DNA of 38,221 nt. It comes from an uncultured Treponema sp. GTDB taxonomy: Bacteria; Spirochaetota; Spirochaetia; Treponematales; Treponemataceae. Positions 1 through 8,015 of this stretch are shown here, in pieces. The position numbers and the translations under genes were made by a program. Position 1 is the first letter of the stretch, and each line of letters begins with the position of its first letter. The DNA lies in contig CAYXDA010000001.1 in the NCBI GenBank assembly GCA_964463615.1, positions 1 to 38,221 on the forward strand. Direction: 5' to 3'. The notes below the pieces were generated by a model, which was not told the DNA's origin, made no database searches, and saw nothing but the letters and a program-made list of their open reading frames with translations.

Positions 1-2
1 GT

Positions 3-1421
3 AATTTTATTATTTTTTCATACGCAAGAAAAAATTCAATGCCAAAATTTGGTATATTAAATTTGGATTCTGCAGAATTTTCATTTTGTAACCAAGATGT
101 TTCTGGCGGAATATACAATCCTGTTATTTTTTCAGCGAAAAAAGTTGCGTACATTGCAAAGTTTTATAGAAATTCCAAAATTTATTATGCAGATTTTTCG
201 CAGTTTGATTTTAATAATTTTCAAATAAAAATTGAAGAGTTCGATTTTGAAAATTTTTACCGCCAAAATAACGGACAGATTCAAAAGAATAGCGAAAAAA
301 ATAGTTATTTTGAGAAGACTAGCAAAAATTTTTCGGCTTTTGGGTATAATTTTTCTGGACCGCACGGAACTTTTGTTCCATTCAGTTTTTTTCAGTCTTA
401 TGCAAATAAAAATCTTTCCAGTTTAGAATCTGTTTGGCTTCCTTTTGGAATATCTTATGTTTCTTCAACTCCTTGGACAAATCCTCTTTGGTATATTTCT
501 GGTGGTTATAATTTTTTAACAAATTCAGAAGGCTTGAAATTTTATATAACGAATTCTGTAAATTCTCTTTCTGAGACTTTTTTATATTCATTTTCTGCTC
601 AAATTGAATTTGATGATAAAGGTTATAAGCAATCTTATGGCAATTTGAATTTAATAAGTAAAATTCCGTTTTTTGGTACGAATTATATAAAATTTTCAGA
701 ATCGGGAACAATTCTTGAAGGGCGACAGAGCGAAACTTCTGTTTCTGCAGAAGAAGAACCAAAAGATTTGTTTGATTATTTTAAAATTTTGAAAACAACG
801 GAAAGGGAATATTTATATTTGAATAATTCCGGAAAAATCAGTTTTGGAAATATTCATAAATCTGGATTTGGATATTATGATTATTCGGGAATACAGATTT
901 CTTCCACAATGGAAAATAGTTTTTTAGCTCTTTCTGAAAATTTAGATTACTATAAAAACTTTGATAATATTTCTTTTGATTTGTTGATAAAAAATTCTTT
1001 TTTGCGACCAATAACTTTTCAGGCTGTTTTATTTCCGAACGATAGTTATATTGCAGCTGGAATGGCAAAGGCTGTGCTTTGTAATTGGGAAATTCAAAAA
1101 TCAACAGATTTTTTGCCATTAATTTATTTAAATCGCATAACTTTAAGCTCTTATTATGTTGGAAAATGCGCTTACAATATTGATTCTTGGGCTCTTTTTG
1201 AAGCAAATAGATATTTTGAAAAGATAAAGAACGGAGATTTTTCTTACGAAGATGAACTTGCGCTTTCTTGCTCTTTTGGATTTACACCAAATATTGGCGG
1301 TTTTGCAAGAAGCAGTTTTTTGATTGATATATCTTGTTCTGCTAAATACAGATTTTTTCCGGCAGAAAATCAAAAAGAATTTCAATTATCTGCCGGAATT
1401 GGAACAAATTTTTCTTTGTAA
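3..1421 (+). CDS. 5'-truncated hypothetical protein, probable outer-membrane protein (aromatic-rich, beta-barrel-like C-terminus)
   Basis: The frame is open from the window edge through ATG 39, so the true start is probably upstream. The protein is very F/Y-rich with alternating-hydrophobic segments and ends FQLSAGIGTNFSL. Confidence 0.6.
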   Translation, partial: NFIIFSYARKNSMPKFGILNLDSAEFSFCNQDVSGGIYNPVIFSAKKVAYIAKFYRNSKIYYADFSQFDFNNFQIKIEEFDFENFYRQNNGQIQKNSEKNSYFEKTSKNFSAFGYNFSGPHGTFVPFSFFQSYANKNLSSLESVWLPFGISYVSSTPWTNPLWYISGGYNFLTNSEGLKFYITNSVNSLSETFLYSFSAQIEFDDKGYKQSYGNLNLISKIPFFGTNYIKFSESGTILEGRQSETSVSAEEEPKDLFDYFKILKTTEREYLYLNNSGKISFGNIHKSGFGYYDYSGIQISSTMENSFLALSENLDYYKNFDNISFDLLIKNSFLRPITFQAVLFPNDSYIAAGMAKAVLCNWEIQKSTDFLPLIYLNRITLSSYYVGKCAYNIDSWALFEANRYFEKIKNGDFSYEDELALSCSFGFTPNIGGFARSSFLIDISCSAKYRFFPAENQKEFQLSAGIGTNFSL

Positions 1422-1450
1422 AAGATTTTGCTAAGCCGTCAAAATCTTTT
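1420..1450. terminator. AT-rich hairpin between convergent genes, possible bidirectional terminator
   Basis: AAAAGATTTTG (1420-1430) pairs with CAAAATCTTTT (1440-1450), 9-nt loop, touching both stop codons. Confidence 0.5.
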
Positions 1451-2840
1451 AGTTAATTTGCAAAAATGCTTTGTATCCATTGTATGCTTGAATAATATCT
1501 TCGCGGGAGGTTATTTCCCACGGAGCGTGCATACTTAAAACGGAAACGCCCGCATCCAAGACATTCATTCCGTATTTTGCTGCAAGGTAAGCGATTGTGC
1601 CGCCACCGCCCTGATCAACTTTTCCAAGTTCAGCCATCTGATATTTTACATTTGCGCTTTCCATCGTATTGCGGATTTTTGCAATAAATTCTGCGTTGCA
1701 ATCGCTTGCACCGCTTTTTCCGCGACTTCCTGTATATTTATTAAATACAAGTCCTCCGCCAAGGAAAGATGTATTGTCTTTATCAAAAAGACCTGCATTC
1801 AGCGGATCAAATGCGGCGTTTACATCGCTGGAAAGCATATTGCAGTTGGCAAGGCAGCGTCGCAATATTAAATCGCTGTATCCACCTGGAAGTAATGCTA
1901 TAATTTCTGCAACGAAATTTTCGAACATATGGGAGCCCATTCCGGTTGCGCCAACGCTTCCGATTTCTTCTTTATCTACGCAAAGACAACAACTTGTTCT
2001 TCTTGCGGGTTTTGAATCCATTAAAGCGGCAAATGATGTAAAAGCGCAGGAACGGTCATCTTGACCGTAAGCCATTATCAAAGAGCGGTCTAAACCACAG
2101 TCGCGTGCGAAACCTGCCGGAACAATTTCTAATTCTGCAGATTCCAAATCTTTCTCTTCGATTCCATATTTTTCTTTTAGAAGTTTTACAATGATTTTTT
2201 TGCTTGTAATTTTTTCTTCTTTTTTCTTTTTCTTGTCTTTTTTATCTTTTTCTTCATCATTTTCTGTTTTGTAAAAAGAGCCAAGAATTACATCTAAATC
2301 TTCACCTTTGATAATTTCAGACGCATTCCGCTTCATTTGTTCTTGTGCAAGATGCGGCAAAATGTCCGAAATGCAAAAAACTGGATCTTCCGGATTTTCG
2401 CCGATATCCACTTTAATTGTTTTTCCGTCTGTTTTGCAAATTACTCCATGAATAGACAAAGGAAGCGTTACCCACTGATATTTTTTTATTCCGCCGTAAT
2501 AGTGCGTGTTCAAATAAGTTATAAAATCTTTTTCATAAATTGGATTTTGCTTTGCGTCTAATCGCGGTGAATCTATGTGCGCTCCAAGAATATTCATTCC
2601 ATTTTCTAAAGGTTCTGAACCAATTTGAAAGAGCGCAATGGCTTTGTTCATTTTTTGAATGTAAACTTTGTCGCCAGCTTTTAAACTTTTGTATTCAGAA
2701 ACATCTTTGTAGCCATTTTCGCGTGCTTTTTGAATAATTTGAGAAACACATTCTCGTTCTGTTTTGCCGTTGTTAAGAAAAGTCTTATAATTTTCTACAA
2801 GATTCTCGCCAATCTCTGTAATTTTTTTTGTTCTTGCCAT
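1449..2840 (-). CDS. apeA: M18 family (aspartyl) aminopeptidase
   Basis: Motifs GAHIDSPRL, YYGGIKKYQW, GQDDRSC, DKEEIGS, GGGGTIA and LSMHAPWE. SD AGGAG. The symbol refers to the M18 aminopeptidase apeA, not to the aryl polyene ape genes. Confidence 0.92.
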   Translation of the reverse strand: MARTKKITEIGENLVENYKTFLNNGKTERECVSQIIQKARENGYKDVSEYKSLKAGDKVYIQKMNKAIALFQIGSEPLENGMNILGAHIDSPRLDAKQNPIYEKDFITYLNTHYYGGIKKYQWVTLPLSIHGVICKTDGKTIKVDIGENPEDPVFCISDILPHLAQEQMKRNASEIIKGEDLDVILGSFYKTENDEEKDKKDKKKKKEEKITSKKIIVKLLKEKYGIEEKDLESAELEIVPAGFARDCGLDRSLIMAYGQDDRSCAFTSFAALMDSKPARRTSCCLCVDKEEIGSVGATGMGSHMFENFVAEIIALLPGGYSDLILRRCLANCNMLSSDVNAAFDPLNAGLFDKDNTSFLGGGLVFNKYTGSRGKSGASDCNAEFIAKIRNTMESANVKYQMAELGKVDQGGGGTIAYLAAKYGMNVLDAGVSVLSMHAPWEITSREDIIQAYNGYKAFLQIN

Positions 2841-2863
2841 ATATATCTCCTAATATTTTTCAT

Positions 2864-3511
2864 TTATTTTACTAATTCCAATATTTGATCCGCAGAATCT
2901 ACAATATTTTTTGCGCCATGTTCTTTAAGAAAAGTTCTTCCGCGGAAACCCCAGCTGACTCCAATAAAGTCCAATCCAGAGTTTTTTGCAGTTTGAAGAT
3001 CAACATCGCTGTCGCCAATGTAAACAGCATCTTTTTTTTGAATGCCTAATATTTTTAAAATTTCATTTACAGAATCTGGAGAAGGCTTTGTTCTTAATCC
3101 TTCTTTTTGTCCGACTATAAGATCAAATATTCCGTTAAAATATTTTTTTCCAAGTTCTTGAGCTGGTTCATCGGCTTTATTAGTGCTTACTGCTGTTTTT
3201 ATTCCCAGTTCTTTTAATTTTTCTACAAGAGCCAGAATTCCCGGATATGCGGATGTATTATCAGCACTATGAATTTCATAATATTTTAGAAAGACATCAA
3301 GGATTTCTTCAATTTTCTTATTATCGGTTCCAGTTGGAACAGCTCTCTCAACAAGTTTTTTTATTCCGTTTCCTACAAACATCCGAACTTCTTCTAAAGT
3401 CCGTTCTGGCATATTAAACTGTCGCAAAGAATGATTTGTTGCATTTTTTAAATCTTCCAGCGTATTTAAAATGGTGCCGTCCATATCAAAAATAACAACT
3501 TTGTACTTCAT
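2864..3511 (-). CDS. HAD-superfamily hydrolase, phosphoglycolate phosphatase-like
   Basis: Motif I FDMDGT, motif II STNK, KPSPD, and motif IV YIGDSDVD. Confidence 0.9.
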   Translation of the reverse strand: MKYKVVIFDMDGTILNTLEDLKNATNHSLRQFNMPERTLEEVRMFVGNGIKKLVERAVPTGTDNKKIEEILDVFLKYYEIHSADNTSAYPGILALVEKLKELGIKTAVSTNKADEPAQELGKKYFNGIFDLIVGQKEGLRTKPSPDSVNEILKILGIQKKDAVYIGDSDVDLQTAKNSGLDFIGVSWGFRGRTFLKEHGAKNIVDSADQILELVK

Positions 3512-3566
3512 ATCTTAAATATAGCAAAGAAATCGTTTTTATAGTATGAAAAAATTATCATTAACG

Positions 3567-5054
3567 TTATACAAATATTGTTTTTGTATCGCGGCAAAGA
3601 TATTGAACTGCAAGACGTCCCGAATTAACCGCAATCGGAAGTCCGCCCGGCATCATTGTTCGTTGTCCTGCAAAATAAAGTCCCTTTACGGTCTTTGCTT
3701 TTTGCGGAATTTTAAAACTTTTTCTGCCCGGAAGCCAAACGCTCATCCAGCTGCCTTCAAAAGTGTCGCAGTAACGTTCGTAGGTAAGCGGCGTTGCGAC
3801 ATCAGAAATTTCTATATTATTCTTAATTTCCGGAATAAATTTTTCCAATTCAAGAATAAATCTTTCAACCAAATCCTGTTTTTTTTCTTTATAAGTTCCG
3901 TTTTCCTTCGCTTTTTTCCAGAAATTATAACAGTTTCCCAACAACAGACATGTTAAAGTTGTGCAATTTTCCGGCGAATGATTTTCATAAGTTGCATAAT
4001 TATTTATTCTAAAGTGGGTAAATTCCAATCCGCCGGCAACAAATGGTTTTTCAAGCGGAAAAACTGCGCAAAGAGGATAATTTTTTAAATTACATTTTAT
4101 GCCAAGTGCAATGTACATATTTTGCTCAGAAACAACTGTTTTCTTCAGGTTTGGAATCCATTTTTCTTTTAGCGGCGGGCAAAACAAAGAATCTACGGCT
4201 TTGCGGGTATCTTGAGTTACAATAATTGCATCCGCATTGAATGTTTTTCCGTTTGCAACAACACCGGTTGTTCTGCCATTTTCAATTATAACTTTTTCTA
4301 CTGTCTGGCGATATTCAATTTTTCCGCCAAGTTCTTCAAAAGTTTTGGCAATATTTTCTGTAAGCACTAAAGAGCCGCCTTTCGGGTAACCGCAATCACC
4401 GTTTGCAAAAGCTGCCAATGTGTAAACAAAAGAAATTGCGTTATAGCGTGTTCCGATTACTGTTAAAAGAAGTTCTCTAATATCTTTATTTTTAAATTGC
4501 GCTATGTAATCTGTGTAAGACATTTTTGTTAAGGTAAAATAACGAGGAACTGCCGTAACCATTCCAAGCATTTCTTTTAACTTTAAATGAACCGGATTTT
4601 TTGCTTTCACACCTTTTATATCAGAAACAAGAAGATGAATACTCATATATTCTTTTACATCTTTGAACATTCTGCAAATCATTTTTTTGTCTTCCGGAGC
4701 ATAAGTCAAAAATTCGTTTTTTGTTTTTTTCAAATCTCTGTAAATGCTAAGTTTTTTTCCGTTTTTTGTTAAAAGTGTATAAATCGGATCCCTGTAAAAA
4801 ATAGGATTATTTTCTTTTAATGCGCCAATTTCTTTCCAAATTTTATTCAAAGAAGATTTTTCAGAAGAACCGGTAAGCCAATGCATTCCGCCTTCAAAAA
4901 GATAACCTTTTCTGTACCAACTTGTGCTAAGACCTCCAGGAATAATGTGTTTTTCTAAAATTGTTGTTTCAAAACCAGATCGCTGCGCATAAACTCCGGC
5001 TGAAAGACCGGCAATTCCTGCTCCAATAATAATAATTTTTTTTCTTTCGCACAT
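3567..5054 (-). CDS. Phytoene desaturase-family NAD(P)/FAD-dependent oxidoreductase
   Basis: N-terminal IIIGAGIAGL Rossmann motif, PGG..SW.RKGYLFEGGMHWL, YPKGG, ATPLTYERY and GLYFAGQ..PGGGL-like end. Start moved to ATG 5054 because the ORF-track extension overlaps a TGnTATAAT box. Confidence 0.85.
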   Translation of the reverse strand: MCERKKIIIIGAGIAGLSAGVYAQRSGFETTILEKHIIPGGLSTSWYRKGYLFEGGMHWLTGSSEKSSLNKIWKEIGALKENNPIFYRDPIYTLLTKNGKKLSIYRDLKKTKNEFLTYAPEDKKMICRMFKDVKEYMSIHLLVSDIKGVKAKNPVHLKLKEMLGMVTAVPRYFTLTKMSYTDYIAQFKNKDIRELLLTVIGTRYNAISFVYTLAAFANGDCGYPKGGSLVLTENIAKTFEELGGKIEYRQTVEKVIIENGRTTGVVANGKTFNADAIIVTQDTRKAVDSLFCPPLKEKWIPNLKKTVVSEQNMYIALGIKCNLKNYPLCAVFPLEKPFVAGGLEFTHFRINNYATYENHSPENCTTLTCLLLGNCYNFWKKAKENGTYKEKKQDLVERFILELEKFIPEIKNNIEISDVATPLTYERYCDTFEGSWMSVWLPGRKSFKIPQKAKTVKGLYFAGQRTMMPGGLPIAVNSGRLAVQYLCRDTKTIFV

Positions 5055-5108
5055 AATTTTTTTATTATAGCACATAATTAAGAATTCTGCATTTTATTAT
5101 TGCATTAC

Positions 5109-5257
5109 AAGGAGGGGAAAAGCCTTTCCCCTAGGCTCAACCACTGCGTCGTTCAACACAAAAAACTAAACTTTTTTGTGTTTCATTCCTTAGCGTTTTC
5201 GCCATACCCCATTCTGCGGGGACAAATTCAATTGCTACCAGTCCCCGCAACGCCCCT
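5109..5257. repeat. REP-like modular palindromic element, copy A
   Basis: Three stems: AGGGGAAA/TTTCCCCT (5113-5132), AACACAAAAAA/TTTTTTGTGTT (5155-5182) and TGCGGGGAC/GTCCCCGCA (5215-5249). Shares GGCTCAACCACT and GTTTTCGCC(A)TACCCC with copy B. Confidence 0.75.
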
Positions 5258-5314
5258 GATTTTATACAAGTTTATTCTATTTTTATTATTTATAAATTTC
5301 GCTATACTGAACGT

Positions 5315-6094
5315 ATGCGTAATAAAAAGAATAATGAACTTGCAGTTTGCGGTTTTGCTACAGTAAAAAAACTTGAAAAACAAAATAGCGAATGTATTCG
5401 GCGGCTTTATTTTACAGAAGAAGTTGCTCCGCTTTTTGGCGGGCTTTGCAAAAAAATTGCAGCACGAAAAGGAATTTATAATAAAGTAAAAGATGTTTCT
5501 GAATTGGAAAAACTTAGCGGAACTGTTCATCATCAAGGCGTTGTCGCTATGATTTATATGCCGCAAATAGTTCCCCTGGATTCTGATATAACAGACGGAT
5601 GGATCAGCAGAAAAGAAAATGCACTTGTTCTTGATCATATCGGAAATGCAAACAATTTTGGCGCAATTGTTCGCAGTGCGGCTTTTTTCGGTGTAAAAAA
5701 TATTGTAATTCCGGAAGATGAATCAGAAAGCGCTATTACAACAAGTTCGTATAGAATTGCAGAAGGTGGAATGGAATTTGTAAAAATTTATTCAGTGCAG
5801 TCAATTCCGCATCTTTTACGCGCGATGAAAGGAAATATGGTTCGTATTGGAACCGATTTAAGCGCCCGCAGTAAATTTTCTTCAGATATAAAATCAATTT
5901 GCAAAGGAAAGCCGGCAATTATTGTGCTTGGAAATGAAGAGAACGGAATTTCCGATGAAGTCAGAAAAAATTGCGATGAATTAGTTTTAATTCCATTTTC
6001 CGGCTTAGCAGAGGGAAAAAAAGAACCACCTGTTGACAGCTTGAATGTTGCACAGGCAAGTTCAATTATTCTTTACGAACTGACAAAAGTCTAA
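5315..6094 (+). CDS. TrmH/SpoU family RNA 2'-O-methyltransferase
   Basis: HHQGVVA, LDHIGNANNFGAIVRSAAFFG, VLGNEENGIS and DSLNVAQA SPOUT motifs. Confidence 0.92.
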   Translation: MRNKKNNELAVCGFATVKKLEKQNSECIRRLYFTEEVAPLFGGLCKKIAARKGIYNKVKDVSELEKLSGTVHHQGVVAMIYMPQIVPLDSDITDGWISRKENALVLDHIGNANNFGAIVRSAAFFGVKNIVIPEDESESAITTSSYRIAEGGMEFVKIYSVQSIPHLLRAMKGNMVRIGTDLSARSKFSSDIKSICKGKPAIIVLGNEENGISDEVRKNCDELVLIPFSGLAEGKKEPPVDSLNVAQASSIILYELTKV

Positions 6095-6519
6095 ATAACG
6101 TAATCGTATGTTCCGGAATTGTAAACTAAAGTGTCTAGTGTTACAGAATCAAGATAGTCATTTACAACTTTGTTCAATCCTGCCCACATTTTTGCAGTTG
6201 CAGTATTAATTGTCTGTTCCGTAGAATTTGCATCAGTTTCATCGTAGTCAACAAGGGCAAGATTTCCTTCTGTTGTGCGAAGAATTTCACCAACAGTGTA
6301 TTTTGATGGCTCTTTTGAAAGTCTGTATCCACCTTGCGGACCGCGAATACTTTGTAATAAACCGAACTTACTTAAAAGTGCTGTAATCTGTTCAAGATAT
6401 TTTATGGAAATTCCTTGGCGCTCAGAAACATCTTTTAATGGAATATAAGTTCCATTTCCCTGCTGTGCTAAATCAATCATAAAACTTAATGCATATCTGC
6501 CACGAGTTGAAATTTTCAT
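6091..6519 (-). CDS. Rrf2 family transcriptional regulator, CymR-like (no cysteines)
   Basis: MKISTRGRYAL, ISIKYLEQI and SIRGPQGGYRL Rrf2 signature. C-terminus DYVI. Confidence 0.9.
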   Translation of the reverse strand: MKISTRGRYALSFMIDLAQQGNGTYIPLKDVSERQGISIKYLEQITALLSKFGLLQSIRGPQGGYRLSKEPSKYTVGEILRTTEGNLALVDYDETDANSTEQTINTATAKMWAGLNKVVNDYLDSVTLDTLVYNSGTYDYVI

Positions 6520-6520
6520 A

Positions 6521-6584
6521 TATATTTCCTACTTTATATTTCCTACTTGTTTAGTAGTATAATGCAAAAAAAACGAATCGTCCA
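6521..6584 (-). promoter_or_regulatory. Putative promoter and operator of the Rrf2 gene with a 14-bp tandem duplication
   Basis: Minus strand TGGACG-17-TATACT (6584-6556). Palindrome CTACT-N5-AGTAG (6543-6557). TATATTTCCTACTT occurs twice (6521-6548). Confidence 0.5.
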
Positions 6585-6677
6585 CCTTCAAAGGTGCAAA
6601 AAAATTTTCAATTGCGATAAAAATATGTTGTAAGTGAAAATCTTTGCAAATTAAACTAGCTGCAAAAAGTTTAAGTT

Positions 6678-8015
6678 TTAATCGTCCATAACTGTACGAC
6701 CGCCCCATTCTTTTGAATGCTCTTTTTCGTGTGCAAGAGCTGCACTAAAATTTGCTTGAGGTTGGCAATTTTTTTCTATATTTAATGCAGTTTGATGAAG
6801 TCGTCGCAGACATTCAGATTTGTCCGTATAGCCAATTTTTGATTTTTCAATGCTGTCTTTTAGAATGCGGATTGATTCATCGTAAACTTTTAGAGGAACA
6901 GGAAATGGATGACCGTCTTTTCCGCCGTGCGCAAAACTGAATCTTGCCGGATCGGAAAATCTGCTTGGAGTTCCATGAATTATTTCGCTGACCAAAGTTA
7001 ATGATTGCAATGTTCGCGGACCTAATCCCGGGGTCAGTAAAAGAGATTCAAAATCTTTCGGCTGATTTTCGTACGCCGTTGCAAGCACTGCGCCCAGCCG
7101 CTTTAAATCCACATCTTCTTCGCGAACTTCGTGATGTTGCGGCATAATTATATTGCGCCCTGTATGAATAATTTCGTTTTCATCAACGTTAAGTTGTACT
7201 TTTTGTGGCAATGATTGTTCAGCGTATTCGGGAAAAAGCAAATTTTGCGGATTTTCCTTTGCAACAACTTTTGAAGAACCGCCGAATCCAATGGAAAAAC
7301 TGGAATCCGGATCTGCAATTTTTCTGATTTCATGAACAATTCTGTCCGGCGTTTCTTTTGTAAAATCCATTATTGCGCCGCGTGTTTTTTGTGCATTATG
7401 CGCTGTAAGATTTAAAATCTTTCCTTGATTTTCACCAATAACCGCAGTGTGTGGTTCTTCTACAAAAGATTTTATATTTGCGCTGCACCAATGATATCGT
7501 CTTGCTGTTTTTGTTGTTCCGTTCATTCCTTGTTGCACAACAGCCCAATCGCCGTCATTTGTAAGAATAAAATTATGCTGATAAAGTTGAAAGCCATCTT
7601 GAACTGCTGTATTGTCTACTTTTGCGCAAAGCCGGCTGGAACGCACCAAAGAATCGCCGTCTAATCCGGAATTTTCTGATAAAGCGATAAGTTCTTCCGG
7701 CGTTCTTCGCGAATATTTTCCACGACCACCGCAGATGTAAATGCCAAGTTCGTTTGCGCGTGGATTTATGCCTCGTTTTAGCGCATACATAACGCTTGTT
7801 GTAATTCCGGAAGAATGCCAATCCATTCCCATTACGCTTCCAAGCGATTGAAACCACAACGGATCGCTTAGTCTGCGTATAACTTCTTTTTTACCGTAAT
7901 TTTGAATCAAAGATTCTACGATTAAAGTGCCAAGAACCATCATTCTGTCGGCAAGCCAGCGTGGAACAGTCCCGTAATGGAGTGGCAAATCTGCGTGTCC
8001 GGTATTTTTTATCAT
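6678..8015 (-). CDS. DUF763 domain-containing protein
   Basis: ADLPLHYGTVPRWL, WFQSLGSVMGMDWHSSGITT, AKVDNTAVQDGFQLYQH and FAHGGKDGHPFPV. Start 8015 forms an ATGA overlap with the upstream stop. Confidence 0.88.
   Translation of the reverse strand: MIKNTGHADLPLHYGTVPRWLADRMMVLGTLIVESLIQNYGKKEVIRRLSDPLWFQSLGSVMGMDWHSSGITTSVMYALKRGINPRANELGIYICGGRGKYSRRTPEELIALSENSGLDGDSLVRSSRLCAKVDNTAVQDGFQLYQHNFILTNDGDWAVVQQGMNGTTKTARRYHWCSANIKSFVEEPHTAVIGENQGKILNLTAHNAQKTRGAIMDFTKETPDRIVHEIRKIADPDSSFSIGFGGSSKVVAKENPQNLLFPEYAEQSLPQKVQLNVDENEIIHTGRNIIMPQHHEVREEDVDLKRLGAVLATAYENQPKDFESLLLTPGLGPRTLQSLTLVSEIIHGTPSRFSDPARFSFAHGGKDGHPFPVPLKVYDESIRILKDSIEKSKIGYTDKSECLRRLHQTALNIEKNCQPQANFSAALAHEKEHSKEWGGRTVMDD

Noticed and set aside
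3567-5054. Phytoene desaturase-like gene as part of the pigment cluster or a carotenoid pathway
   Set aside because: It lies over 18 kb from the ape genes, no crtB/crtE is nearby, and the family is widespread in anaerobes.
5100-5638. ORFs 5100-5366 (+) and 5228-5638 (-), plus the similar ORF 14593-14784
   Set aside because: They run through repeat elements or overlap real genes and have no protein-like features.
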